Shown: positions 1-9,622 of the stretch, in pieces
Numbering within the stretch: position 1 is the first letter of the stretch
Layout: each line of letters begins with the position of its first letter
Source of the DNA: Candidatus Alloenteromonas pullistercoris
Lineage (GTDB): Bacteria > Bacillota_I > Bacilli_A > RFN20 > CAG-826
Direction of reading: 5' to 3'
DNA: 64,000 nucleotides
Assembly: GCA_017694295.1 (NCBI GenBank)
Contig: JADINA010000007.1
Coordinates: 5,754-69,753 of the forward strand
Made by a program: the position numbers and the translations under genes
Notes under the pieces: generated by a model
What the model saw: only the letters and a program-made list of their open reading frames with translations
Told to the model about the DNA's origin: nothing
The model's database searches: none

Positions 1-1
1 T

Positions 2-1606
2 TCATGCCGCCCCTCCTTCAAATGACAGGAAAGCCCTCTCGGATTTGGCCTCGAATAGGATGACGGCGGGCACGAATAGGCATAGGCTAAGCCCAAGCAA
101 GAGGATATATGGGGAAATCCCGGAGAAGCCATCGAGGAGGGTGAGCAAAGCCGGGATGCCGGCGAAAAGGAACGGGAGGAGGAAGAAAAGCGATTTGAGG
201 TAGGCCATCTTGCTTTGCCTAAGCCCGGAAAGCCCGGTGAGGGCGGAAAATAGGTAAATCGAGGAAAGGAAGAAGGCGCCGGAAAGCAAAAGGAAGGGGA
301 AGGCGGGCCAAGAGACGTCGCCGAGGATGGAAAGGGAAAGAAGCGAGGCGGCATAGGCTAAAAAGCCCCAGAAAAGGGGAAGGGCGATTTTAGCCCGAAG
401 CTGGGCTTTGGGGGAGATGGGGAAGGTCTTAAGCAAGCTTAGGCGCCTCCCCTCCTTCTCTAGGCTTAGCCCCCCGGCCCCGTTTATGACGAAAAGGAAG
501 AGGAAGATGGTCGCCACCTGGATGAAGAAGCTCCAGCCCGGGAAGAGGTTGGAGATGAAGTTCAGGTTCCCGGTATGGAAGATGACCCCGATGGCGTGGA
601 CGACCGAGACGCTTAGGAAGGGGCTAGCCAAGACGAGGGAAAAGAAGGAAAGGACGCCGTCGCTATTGGAGGAGAGGACGAGGAACTCCTTCGAAAGAAG
701 AGCGTGCATCGGGGAGCGGAGGCCTTTGAAATAGCTTCTTTTCCTTTTTCCCTTGGGCTTCTCCCCCATTATGTAGAAGCGGAAAAAGAAGAAATACAGC
801 AGCGGCGAGAAGAAGGCGAAGCAGGCGATCGGGACGATGGCGCTTAAGCTGAAGAGGTAGAAGGGGTTGGCGATGTGGGCTAGTTTAAGAAACGGGGCGA
901 ACGGATAAAGGGCGTTCCCAATCGCGTTAAGCCTTCCGATGAACTCGGTGGTCAGCGAATAGGAAAGCGAGTTGCCCAAAACCAGATCGATGAAGAGGTT
1001 AAGCAAAAGGGAATACAAATACCCCAAGCCGATCATGAGCAAAAAGGAAAACACCAGCAAAACCCACATATTTTTCTGGATCGCCTTGGAAAGAAACCGA
1101 TATAGCGGCGCGAAAAGGAAGGAAAGGCCGAGGATCAGGAGGGGGAAGATGAAACAGAAAACCCCGCAATAAAGGTAATAAGGGAAATAGGCTTCCGCCA
1201 AGGCCCCATAGCAAATGGCGATGGGGAAGATTAGGAGAAGGACATAGGCGAAAGCGAGGCAATAGAAGAAGGCGGCTTTGGCGAGGAAGACATCGACTGG
1301 CCTAACCGGGACGGGCCCCAATATCCGCCTTTCCCGGGAGTCGAAGAAGGAGGAGGCGACCCGGGGCAAGATGGCAATCGCCCCGGCAAGGGAAAGCAGG
1401 CATAAGAGGATGGCGGTAAGGGAAAGGCTGGCCCCTTGATATGGGGAAAGGAGATTGAAGGCCTCGCGGTAAGCGAAGACCTCGATGCCGACGCATAGGG
1501 CGGCGGAAATCAAAACCAAGACGAGATAAAGCCATTTCGCGGTCCTGCTCCCTTTTGAGAAAATGGGCAAGGAGGAGAATTCGCGGTAAAACAAGACGGT
1601 GATCAT
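2..1606 (-). CDS. ABC-2-type exporter permease (multi-TM); C-terminus truncated by window edge
   Basis: 534-aa ORF of hydrophobic helices; 4-nt overlap (1603..1606) with the ABC ATPase gene upstream indicates translational coupling. Confidence 0.55.
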   Translation of the reverse strand: MITVLFYREFSSLPIFSKGSRTAKWLYLVLVLISAALCVGIEVFAYREAFNLLSPYQGASLSLTAILLCLLSLAGAIAILPRVASSFFDSRERRILGPVPVRPVDVFLAKAAFFYCLAFAYVLLLIFPIAICYGALAEAYFPYYLYCGVFCFIFPLLILGLSFLFAPLYRFLSKAIQKNMWVLLVFSFLLMIGLGYLYSLLLNLFIDLVLGNSLSYSLTTEFIGRLNAIGNALYPFAPFLKLAHIANPFYLFSLSAIVPIACFAFFSPLLYFFFFRFYIMGEKPKGKRKRSYFKGLRSPMHALLSKEFLVLSSNSDGVLSFFSLVLASPFLSVSVVHAIGVIFHTGNLNFISNLFPGWSFFIQVATIFLFLFVINGAGGLSLEKEGRRLSLLKTFPISPKAQLRAKIALPLFWGFLAYAASLLSLSILGDVSWPAFPFLLLSGAFFLSSIYLFSALTGLSGLRQSKMAYLKSLFFLLPFLFAGIPALLTLLDGFSGISPYILLLGLSLCLFVPAVILFEAKSERAFLSFEGGAA

Positions 1607-2370
1607 CTTGGCTTCTCCATCTTCGAAAGCGAAAGGAAATAGGGGGTTACCTCATAACGGAGGGAAGGGTCCTCCCGCAGGTCGAACACCCGGTTGATGA
1701 CCCCGTCGTAGATAATCGCGATGCGGTCGGCGATGGAGGATACCATCTCGATGTTATGCGAGGCGACGAAGACGGTCCGCCCATGCTCGGAGAACTCCTT
1801 CATCATGAGGGTGAGCTCGTGGCTGGTGACGGCGTCTAGCCCCACCGTCGGCTCGTCCATTACCCAAATATGGGGGTTATGGATAAGCGAGGCGATTAGG
1901 CCAAGCTTCTGCTGCATGCCATGGCTATATTCCTTTATCGGGCGGGAAAGGTCCTCGGGGCTTAGGTCAAGCCGCTTGCTTAGGTAATCGAGGTTCTTCT
2001 CGAAAACAGCGTCCTCGACTTTGTAGATCGATCCGATGAACTCAAGGTAGCGGAGGCCCGACATCTGATCATACGAAAGCGGCTCGGAGGGGACGTAGCC
2101 GATAATCTTTTTGGCGGCGATGGCGTCTTCGACGATCGAATGTCCCTCGACGGCTATCTCTCCCTCATCAAAGGTCTTTATGCCGATAAGGGAATCGATG
2201 GTCGTCGATTTGCCAGCCCCGTTGCTGCCGATAAAGGCAAAAAGCTCGCCTTCGCGGACCTCTAGGTCAAGGCCTTTTAGCACCTCATGGGATCCATAGG
2301 ATTTGCGGAGGCCTTTTATGGAGATGGAAACATTCCCTACCATTGGCTTACCTGCCCCGTTATCGTCCAT
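1603..2370 (-). CDS. ABC transporter ATP-binding protein
   Basis: Walker A GSNGAGKST, ABC signature YSHGMQQKLGL, Walker B IWVMDEPTVGLD; true start probably the internal M (MVGNVSI). Confidence 0.9.
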   Translation of the reverse strand: MDDNGAGKPMVGNVSISIKGLRKSYGSHEVLKGLDLEVREGELFAFIGSNGAGKSTTIDSLIGIKTFDEGEIAVEGHSIVEDAIAAKKIIGYVPSEPLSYDQMSGLRYLEFIGSIYKVEDAVFEKNLDYLSKRLDLSPEDLSRPIKEYSHGMQQKLGLIASLIHNPHIWVMDEPTVGLDAVTSHELTLMMKEFSEHGRTVFVASHNIEMVSSIADRIAIIYDGVINRVFDLREDPSLRYEVTPYFLSLSKMEKPR

Positions 2371-4991
2371 CCGGAACTTGAATTATAGCTAACCGACCTG
2401 CAAAGATGGTCATAGTACGTATACACTATGAAGCCGGTGCGAGTCTGAGAATTATTAAAACCGGCAAATTTAAACAATTTAATCGAGGAATCGGAAGCTC
2501 GATAGGGCATAAATCCCCCTTGGTAGAAGGCGTAAGTGGAGCCGTTATAAGTGGCAATATTATTTGAATATGTGACCTGGCGCCACTGCCCGGAAAGCGA
2601 ATTGGTTGTCCCTCCCGACTTGCCATTATAGGAATAATAAACATGCTCAGCCTTCCCGGAGGGGTCATCGTAAATAAAGGCGTAATAGACGTTGTTGCTG
2701 CCGTTTCTGGCATTGATGAGGCCGGTTTTGCGGTCGTAATAGGTGTTTGTTAGGCCGCTTCCGTTTTCCAAAGTCATCCAAATCTCGCCATTGGAAATAA
2801 GCGGGCAGCTATAAAGCGAGGCGACGTTTATCTGATGCATTTCTACGAGTGTACCTAGTTTGGCGGTAGAAGGCCCAGACATAGCCACCGATCCCCAAAG
2901 CTGGACGGAAGAGCCGTTTATATACGAGTCGAAGGCCGACTTGGATGGGAAGTTGATCTCCCCGCCCAAAACGTAGGGAACCGCGTTGCCGGAAGTGAAT
3001 TGGAGTTTTGCATAGCAATCGAAACGGGCCGGTATCTCGGCGTAATAATTCCAAAAACGGCTTCGACTACCCCATGTCCAGGTGCCGTGGCCTTCGTTGC
3101 TGTTGCCATAGGACTTCCTGGTGTCGTACCACCCTTTCCGCTCCTTGGAATCCGGATAAATATCAACGTCATCCGTTTCCTCTGTTATATGTATATTACT
3201 TGCATTCCCGATGTCCGAATTGTAATAGTTTTGGACCAATACCAACCCGGCGGCGCAATTAGTTTTTTGATCATCGGCATAATTCATATAAACGGCATTG
3301 ATGTAATCTCCGATAGACGCGGAACCATGGTCAAAATAAATCGTAGAGGCCGCATCTGCATAAAGATAGCACCCTGGCATGAAGGCGTACTCCTGATGTA
3401 GGCGGATTTTCGAACCGTACGAATAGAAATCGTAATACGGCGGGATCCATTTTTGATAACGGTAGGACGTAATAGATATATCAATACCCAAACCAAAATC
3501 TATATGCATATTGACGGCGAGGGCACATATTTCGATTTCGGCATTGACGAAATAGTATTTTATCTTTTGATAGGTGACGTCCTTATAGGCGCGGTCGTTG
3601 GTCAAAGCTGTGTAATTGGTCCCATGGGCTTTAACGATGGTGTCATAAAGTTCCTTGTTATATTCCATCTTTCGGATGATGGAACCGCTGGAGAGGCGAA
3701 TCCAAGCCGAGGAAGATGGGGACCCGATAATATAAAGATCTGTATAAACGCTTCCTTGGCTTTTGCCAAAGGAGACATATAGCTTCCCATAGAAATTGCA
3801 CCCGGCCTCAAAGACGATTTCGCAATCGAGGTAGGGGCAGCGGAACATCTGCATCCAATCCATGCCCCCGGCGTAAATCTCGGGAATCGAATTCTCGCGC
3901 CACATATCCTCAAAGACGAAAGTCGAATACAAAGTCGCCCCGCTTTTGAGGATGAGGCGGCCATCCCTTTCAGAAGAGGAATCGGTTATCGACCCAAAAG
4001 CATCGATCATCGAACCAGATTCGAGGATGAGGTCATATCCGTTCAGATCCAATTCGGAATAGGGCCCGCAGATGAATCCTTGCGCATTCAGCTGCGTCCA
4101 TTGCAGGTTCATCGAAGTGTCCTCAACGTCTTGCCTTGCAAATCCGGTTAAAGCGCCCAAAGTGAAATTTCCCGACAGAATAACGTCGTTTTGCAGGGTA
4201 AACCGGGCAAAGCAATACTCGCTTTGGTTATTGGCGGCTATCGACCCCCCATTGCTTATATCGGTCCTTTTGCTTAAATCGACTGGCTTGTAGTAATGGT
4301 TGTAAGCCGTATTCGTATTGGCTCCATTCGGATAATCCGCCGGGTGCGTCTCCAAGCCAATTGAGCTTTTGGAATTGGCGAAAGGCCCGTTGGGGACGGA
4401 GGATCCGTTGCGGACCAAATAAGGTTGGGTGCCGTTTTGGTTGCTATGGGCATACCATCTGTCCGAGTTTGTATCCTCCTTATACTGGGCTTGCGTGCCA
4501 GAACTGCTGTTGTAGCAATTGACCAATGGGACCGAGAAATCGATGGCTATGTCGAGCCCGCCGTTGGCATTGCCGATATTGCCGGATCCGCTGGTGTTTA
4601 TCGACGTATTGACCTGCTCCGGGTTTCCCTTTGTATAGGTTTCCAAATACCAATTGTCTAGGGTGACCGACTGAGGGCTTTCAGTCCTAAACGTCAGCTT
4701 CGCCTCCCCAACCGTCACGTGTTTATGGAGGTATTCGCCGGAATCGGATTTCCAAGTATAGAAGGCATTGTTGTATTTGACTCCCGGGGCATCCCCAAGC
4801 GACAAAACGTCGCCGGGGTTGAAATACTCAGTCGTGGTAACCCCGTTGGGGTCGATAAAATCGACTTGGGTCAATCCTTCCTCGCTAAGGTCGGCCTCGC
4901 CGTTTTTCATATCGAGCATCCCGAAAGAGGGGACGGCTAGGCAAAGAAAGGAAACCGCGCCGATTATAAAGGAAGCCGATGCTTTCCTCAT
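2337..4991 (-). CDS. Large secreted Tyr/Asn/Ser/Gly-rich surface protein (884 aa), function unknown
   Basis: N-terminal signal peptide (FIIGAVSFLCLAVPSFG); aromatic/Asn-rich beta-type composition, no recognisable catalytic motif; noticeably lower GC than neighbours. Confidence 0.6.
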   Translation of the reverse strand: MRKASASFIIGAVSFLCLAVPSFGMLDMKNGEADLSEEGLTQVDFIDPNGVTTTEYFNPGDVLSLGDAPGVKYNNAFYTWKSDSGEYLHKHVTVGEAKLTFRTESPQSVTLDNWYLETYTKGNPEQVNTSINTSGSGNIGNANGGLDIAIDFSVPLVNCYNSSSGTQAQYKEDTNSDRWYAHSNQNGTQPYLVRNGSSVPNGPFANSKSSIGLETHPADYPNGANTNTAYNHYYKPVDLSKRTDISNGGSIAANNQSEYCFARFTLQNDVILSGNFTLGALTGFARQDVEDTSMNLQWTQLNAQGFICGPYSELDLNGYDLILESGSMIDAFGSITDSSSERDGRLILKSGATLYSTFVFEDMWRENSIPEIYAGGMDWMQMFRCPYLDCEIVFEAGCNFYGKLYVSFGKSQGSVYTDLYIIGSPSSSAWIRLSSGSIIRKMEYNKELYDTIVKAHGTNYTALTNDRAYKDVTYQKIKYYFVNAEIEICALAVNMHIDFGLGIDISITSYRYQKWIPPYYDFYSYGSKIRLHQEYAFMPGCYLYADAASTIYFDHGSASIGDYINAVYMNYADDQKTNCAAGLVLVQNYYNSDIGNASNIHITEETDDVDIYPDSKERKGWYDTRKSYGNSNEGHGTWTWGSRSRFWNYYAEIPARFDCYAKLQFTSGNAVPYVLGGEINFPSKSAFDSYINGSSVQLWGSVAMSGPSTAKLGTLVEMHQINVASLYSCPLISNGEIWMTLENGSGLTNTYYDRKTGLINARNGSNNVYYAFIYDDPSGKAEHVYYSYNGKSGGTTNSLSGQWRQVTYSNNIATYNGSTYAFYQGGFMPYRASDSSIKLFKFAGFNNSQTRTGFIVYTYYDHLCRSVSYNSSSGWTITGQVSQW

Positions 4992-5623
4992 ATCGCCTCC
5001 TTAAACGAAATGCCAAAGGACGAAAATGACAATCCCGGGTTGGTCGGAGAGCTGACCGGAACCTCGATGGAGCAAGTGAAGTTAAAGGCGTTGATGGTGT
5101 TATTGACCCCCGATTCGCCATATAGGCCCTCGATGCTATCGTGTTCGAAATCGGATGCAAGGTTTTGATCCAAGACGTAATAGGAAATCGCGGCCTGCCC
5201 ATTTGCCGAGGACCGCGAATACGGATTGAAATAGCGGCTCCCTTCGTAATCGGCCAAAAGATAGCAATGGGCGGCATACGCGTCGAAGGTGCCCGAATAG
5301 GCGAAAAGGAAATCGACGGCTTCGAATTCCTTCACCCCGGAGGAGCTATACCAATATTTGCTTATCGATCCGCGGGGGATGGTAAGCGAGGCCGAGGCGA
5401 CGAGGGTATAGCCCCGCGCATCCCTGACTATCCTTTGCGTCGCCGAGTTGATGACGATTATCTCCGGGTCGAAATCGCGGTTTATCGCGACTTCGCCTAG
5501 CCTAACCTGCTCTTTGGCCTCGAAGGCGCCGCTGAGGGAAAGGGCGCCATAGGTCGCGACCGCGCTTGTAAGCGGGAGGCAAAGGGCGAAAGCCATTATG
5601 GAAAGGCGGTTCCCCCACTTCAT
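4988..5623 (-). CDS. Secreted TasA/camelysin-like protein (paralog 2)
   Basis: Signal peptide ending AVATYGALSLSGAFEA, resembling the SipW-dependent TasA N-terminus (GGT[FWY]A.F.D) and the N-terminus of ORF 10534..11181; 4-nt overlaps with both neighbouring genes. Confidence 0.45.
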   Translation of the reverse strand: MKWGNRLSIMAFALCLPLTSAVATYGALSLSGAFEAKEQVRLGEVAINRDFDPEIIVINSATQRIVRDARGYTLVASASLTIPRGSISKYWYSSSGVKEFEAVDFLFAYSGTFDAYAAHCYLLADYEGSRYFNPYSRSSANGQAAISYYVLDQNLASDFEHDSIEGLYGESGVNNTINAFNFTCSIEVPVSSPTNPGLSFSSFGISFKEAI

Positions 5624-6723
5624 GAAGCGTCCTCCGCAAAGCAGGCGTAGGCGGTGAAGTCCTTGGTCACCGGCGTCAAATCAGTGATCTTGGTCGCCGA
5701 AAAGGATTCCTCGCCATAGGGGTTGGTATACCATCCGAGGAAAGTCGACCCCTCCTTCTCGGCCCGAGGCAAAACCGGAAGCGGGCTTCCGGCCTTAACC
5801 CGCTGGGTTGGGCTGAAGGAGGCGGGCACGACGATGCGGCCCCCGTTGGTCTCGGCGTCGAATTTGACGGTGTAATACACCGCTTCGCCCATGGCGAACT
5901 GCAAAACCCAGGCGCCGTCATCATAACGCCAAACGGCCCCGTTGAGGGAATCGAAGTAGAAATCGCCCTCCTTGGCCTCGCGGATGTTGTAGGGATCGCC
6001 GGAATTGGTGAACCACTTGGTCCCGTCCTCAACTTGGGGAAGCGGGAAGGTGAGGGTCTGCGGCTCATCGGTTTGGGTGAAATGGATTATGAGGTAGTAG
6101 TTTTCCTCATCGGAGAAGCTTTCGATGTAGGCGATGCCATTGCCGTCTTTCCCGCTTTGGGAGGGAAGGCGGATCTCGGTGTTGGGGACGGATTCGTCGG
6201 TGTATTCGATGGTGATGAGGACATCCCCGTTTTCCAGGGTTTCCTGCGACACCGAGGCAATTCCGTTGCCGTCTTTCCCCTTTGGCAAATCGAAGGTATG
6301 GTCCTCCCCGTCGTTGGTCGAGATGGTGACGGTCGTCATCCCGGTTTCGGGGTCGTAGGCGCTTTCGATGTCCTCGATCGAGGTGGCGTTTGGGATACTC
6401 CAGACCGAGGGCTCAAGCGAGGCGTCGGTGTAGGTCATGGTGATGATGAGGCTGCTCCCGTCCTCGCTTAGAACCGAATCGACCGAAGCGATGCCGGTCC
6501 CCATCGGGCCCTGCTCGCCCGTCTCCCCTTGGGGGACGTAGAAGACGACGGGGGGTATGTCCTCGTCGGTGAAGGTGATGGTGACCTTGGTTGAGCCATC
6601 TGGCTGCTCTTCGGCCAAAACCGATTCGATGAAAAGCGATTCCTCGCTGCCAAGGAGCATGTTGCAGGAGGATAGGGCGAAAAGCCCGGCGGCCCCCAAA
6701 AGAAGTTTCCTAAGCAGCTTCAT
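5620..6723 (-). CDS. Lipoprotein with collagen-like G-x-x triplet repeats and C-terminal Listeria-Bacteroides (Flg_new) repeat
   Basis: Start moved to in-frame ATG at 6723 (MKLLRKLLLGAAGLFALSSC lipobox) with AAAGGAGA RBS; three ~40-aa repeats (GETGEQGPMGTGIASV / GKDGNGIASV / GKDGNGIAYI); C-terminal YTVKFDAETNGG...GSTFLGWYTNPYGEE...FTAYACF. Confidence 0.6.
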   Translation of the reverse strand: MKLLRKLLLGAAGLFALSSCNMLLGSEESLFIESVLAEEQPDGSTKVTITFTDEDIPPVVFYVPQGETGEQGPMGTGIASVDSVLSEDGSSLIITMTYTDASLEPSVWSIPNATSIEDIESAYDPETGMTTVTISTNDGEDHTFDLPKGKDGNGIASVSQETLENGDVLITIEYTDESVPNTEIRLPSQSGKDGNGIAYIESFSDEENYYLIIHFTQTDEPQTLTFPLPQVEDGTKWFTNSGDPYNIREAKEGDFYFDSLNGAVWRYDDGAWVLQFAMGEAVYYTVKFDAETNGGRIVVPASFSPTQRVKAGSPLPVLPRAEKEGSTFLGWYTNPYGEESFSATKITDLTPVTKDFTAYACFAEDAS

Positions 6724-7831
6724 AGCCATTCTCCTTTCCCCTGAACGGGAGGTCGTAAACCCAAAGGAACCGCTCGCCGTTGCGGTCGTATTCGCCAAAG
6801 AGGGCACCGCATTCGTGACAGCGCCCACCTTCGCGGAGCCCGCCGCAGATCGGGCAATAACGCGGATAGGCGGGGAGAGTAAGGAAAAGCAACTTCAGGG
6901 GCAACGAGGAGTCGATGGCCCCAAAAAGCGAGGCGCTTGCCTTTTTCCCGTCTTCGGAAAGCAATTCGTAACGCGGGTAGAAGAAAGAGGGCCGAGGCAA
7001 AAGGAAATACGACTTAGAAGAGGAATCGAAGGCGTTTTCCCCCTTAACGAGGAGCCCCTCGCCTTTTTTCTCGATGACGATGGAGAAATCCGAATAGGCA
7101 AAGCGGATCCCCGATTTCGTCTTGCTTGGCCGCCTGCCGGAGGAGAAATCGCCGACGATCCTATTCAAATCGGCTTCGGGGTTATAGGAACGGCGGGAGG
7201 AGGCATAAGCCTTATAAAGCGTCCCATAGAGGGGATCGTAGGCCAAGGCGTTGGTCAGATGGACGTCTTGCTCCCTTATCGGCTCTACCGAAAGGAAGAA
7301 GCCGGTTTGCAGCAACCCGGAGGCTTCGGCTCTAAGCGAAAGCAGCTCCTCGAGCATGGAAAGCTTTTCCCTTTGCTTGCCCCGATAGGCGTCTTCGGCG
7401 TAATCGATGATCGGGAGGGCGTTACCGAATTTGGAATAGTCAAGCCCCTCCCCAAGTATCGGGAGGAGCGAGGAATCGCGCCTAAAGGCGGAAGAGGCGG
7501 CGTTAAGCTCGGCGAAAAGCTCGGTTAGGATGAATTTGGCGAAGCGGTTCTCGTAGGTCGAGAAATCGTCCTCGACCTCCGGGCAAAGCACCTCTTTGGG
7601 GGTAAGCCTCCCGTTTAGGTAGCCGAAATGCTTGCTCTTCCTCGCCGTCAAAGCGAAAAGTCGCCTTGAGAAGGAGGAGGCTTGGCTAAGCTTGCGGAGG
7701 GTCTCCTCCTGCCTTAAGCCCTTCCTGGAGAAGCGGACGATGTTCTCAAGGCAATCCAAAATGACGCGGCATGAGGAAGGCGAGGGGGCGAGGGCCCGTT
7801 CGCGGGTATAGGAGGCGAAAGAGAGGCTCAT
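6710..7831 (-). CDS. Cytoplasmic protein with C-terminal zinc ribbon (CPICG...CHECG); candidate partner/effector of the upstream AAA ATPase
   Basis: 373-aa ORF, 4-nt overlap with the ATPase gene; CxxC...CxxC ribbon; a D...E.K-like stretch (SDFSIVIEKK) could be a PD-(D/E)xK nuclease motif but is unverified. Confidence 0.5.
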   Translation of the reverse strand: MSLSFASYTRERALAPSPSSCRVILDCLENIVRFSRKGLRQEETLRKLSQASSFSRRLFALTARKSKHFGYLNGRLTPKEVLCPEVEDDFSTYENRFAKFILTELFAELNAASSAFRRDSSLLPILGEGLDYSKFGNALPIIDYAEDAYRGKQREKLSMLEELLSLRAEASGLLQTGFFLSVEPIREQDVHLTNALAYDPLYGTLYKAYASSRRSYNPEADLNRIVGDFSSGRRPSKTKSGIRFAYSDFSIVIEKKGEGLLVKGENAFDSSSKSYFLLPRPSFFYPRYELLSEDGKKASASLFGAIDSSLPLKLLFLTLPAYPRYCPICGGLREGGRCHECGALFGEYDRNGERFLWVYDLPFRGKENGYEAA

Positions 7832-9609
7832 CCAAGCCTCCTTATCTCGTAATCGATGGAGGAAAGGCTCCTCTTGAAGGAGTCACCATAGGTCTTCTTT
7901 ATATAGCTGGAAAGCTCATGGAGCCCGCCCCGATAGGAGGCGTCGACCCTTCCTTTGGCCTTGCGGAGGACCTTGAAGGCGAATAGGTAATCGAGGGCCC
8001 CCTCCTTCTCGCCGGTCATGGCGGCGTAGCAGGGGGTAAGGTCCTTGGCTTGGTTGAGGAAGCGGTTGCCGGTTTTCACGTCAAGCAGTTCCCCGGCTTT
8101 CCTAAGCAAGTCGGAAAGCTTCTTCATCTCGGCGGAGGAAAGGGAAAGCTTCCTGTCCTTCCTCGCCTCAAGGGCCAATGAATTGAGCTCTTGGTAGGAA
8201 AGGGGCGTTGGCTTGGCCTTGGTTTCGAATTCGATGGGCTCATGGAATTCGTCGAAGTCGAGAACGACCGCCCTATCGATGACCTTGTCGGTGATGGCGA
8301 AGGTCGAGTCGTCGGTGTTGGCGGTCCCGACGAAGCGGGTATTCGGGGTTAAGGCGAGATCGCCCTCGCCTAGGTGGGCCGGAGCCTCGCCGGGGATGTT
8401 ATAAAGGTGGATCTTCCTTTCGCCCTCGGGGAACTCAAGCACCGAGAGGAAGTCGGCGAAATAGTACTCGATGCGGGAGATGTTCATCTCGTCGAGGACC
8501 ATGATGTTGAGGTGGCTTAGCCGGTACGTCGACTCGTAAAGCCGCTTAAGGAACTCGGTCTCGGAGTAAACCCCGGTGAAGTCGTTGTAATAGCCCAGGA
8601 TATCATCGCGGTCCTTATAGGTCATCTGGACGGATTCGAAATAGGCCGTCTCGCCGATGAATTTGGCGAAGTAGCGCGGCAAGCTCGATTTGCCAGTGCC
8701 CGAAACGCCCTCGAGGATGGTGATCGGGGCGGTGAGCAAGGAGGATGCGAACATCGCGAGGTCCTCAAGCGAATAGTAAAGCGAGCAGCTGGTGGCTAGG
8801 TAGTTTTGCAGCTCGGCTACGATCCTCTTTAGGCTAAGGTCTTGCTTGGGCAAGGCGAGGCTTTGCTCGCCAAGGACGAAGCGCGAATCGATTTTGCTTA
8901 GCTCGGGGAACACCCTTTCCCGGTCATAGGATACCGGGGCGGACGCGCCCCCGGAAACAAGGGCCCCGCCGATGGCAACGGTTCCACCCTCCCCCTTCTT
9001 CGAATCGAAGGAGGCGGTGACGTCGTCCTCGCTTGGATCCTTTTTCTCCTCCGTTTCCTCGCCCTTTGGGGCGGCGGCCCCGGAGGCGGGGAGGCTGGGC
9101 CTAGAGGCGAAGGGGAGGGAGAGGATAAGCAAATAGATGGCGAAGACGATGGCGTAGATGCAGGCGAAAGCCAAAAGGCTGATAAGCAGCGACTGCCCGA
9201 CGAATTGGAGGTGGAGGGCAACCCCCTCGGCCCCGTTGGGGATGGAGAAAAGCATGCCGACGCCGATGAAGACGATGAACCCGGCCACCCCGATTAGGAT
9301 CATGTAAAGGAGCAACCCGGAGTCGCGGAGCGTCTTCCCGTCCTCCTTCACCTTGTTGATGACGGCGAAAAGGGCGATCGACCCGGCGATGAGGTAAAGT
9401 CCGAGGAAAAGGAGGATGATGTATCCCCCGATGGCCGGCTCGATCTTCGGGAAGCCAAACAGCTCCCCGATGGAAGCGATGATGTTGTTCTTGTTGAAGA
9501 CGACGTAGCTCGCGTCGAGCCCGCCGGCGACGAAGAAGCTTAGCAAAACGAAGAAAATAACCGAGGCCACGATGGCCTTTTGCCTTGGCGAGAAACGCAA
9601 TATCCTCAT
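7828..9609 (-). CDS. Membrane-anchored McrB/AAA_5-family ATPase (GTPase-like)
   Basis: Four N-terminal TM helices, acidic linker, then Walker A GVSGTGKSS, Walker B MVLDEMN, and NTRFVGTANTDD...VIDRAVVLDF typical of the McrB/dynein-related AAA_5 family. Confidence 0.7.
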   Translation of the reverse strand: MRILRFSPRQKAIVASVIFFVLLSFFVAGGLDASYVVFNKNNIIASIGELFGFPKIEPAIGGYIILLFLGLYLIAGSIALFAVINKVKEDGKTLRDSGLLLYMILIGVAGFIVFIGVGMLFSIPNGAEGVALHLQFVGQSLLISLLAFACIYAIVFAIYLLILSLPFASRPSLPASGAAAPKGEETEEKKDPSEDDVTASFDSKKGEGGTVAIGGALVSGGASAPVSYDRERVFPELSKIDSRFVLGEQSLALPKQDLSLKRIVAELQNYLATSCSLYYSLEDLAMFASSLLTAPITILEGVSGTGKSSLPRYFAKFIGETAYFESVQMTYKDRDDILGYYNDFTGVYSETEFLKRLYESTYRLSHLNIMVLDEMNISRIEYYFADFLSVLEFPEGERKIHLYNIPGEAPAHLGEGDLALTPNTRFVGTANTDDSTFAITDKVIDRAVVLDFDEFHEPIEFETKAKPTPLSYQELNSLALEARKDRKLSLSSAEMKKLSDLLRKAGELLDVKTGNRFLNQAKDLTPCYAAMTGEKEGALDYLFAFKVLRKAKGRVDASYRGGLHELSSYIKKTYGDSFKRSLSSIDYEIRRLG

Positions 9610-9622
9610 TTTGCTTAGCTCC

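Noticed and set aside
6710-7831. Calling the zinc-ribbon protein McrC
   Set aside because: Only positional analogy and a weak D..E.K-like stretch; no reliable similarity to McrC recalled, so left as hypothetical partner
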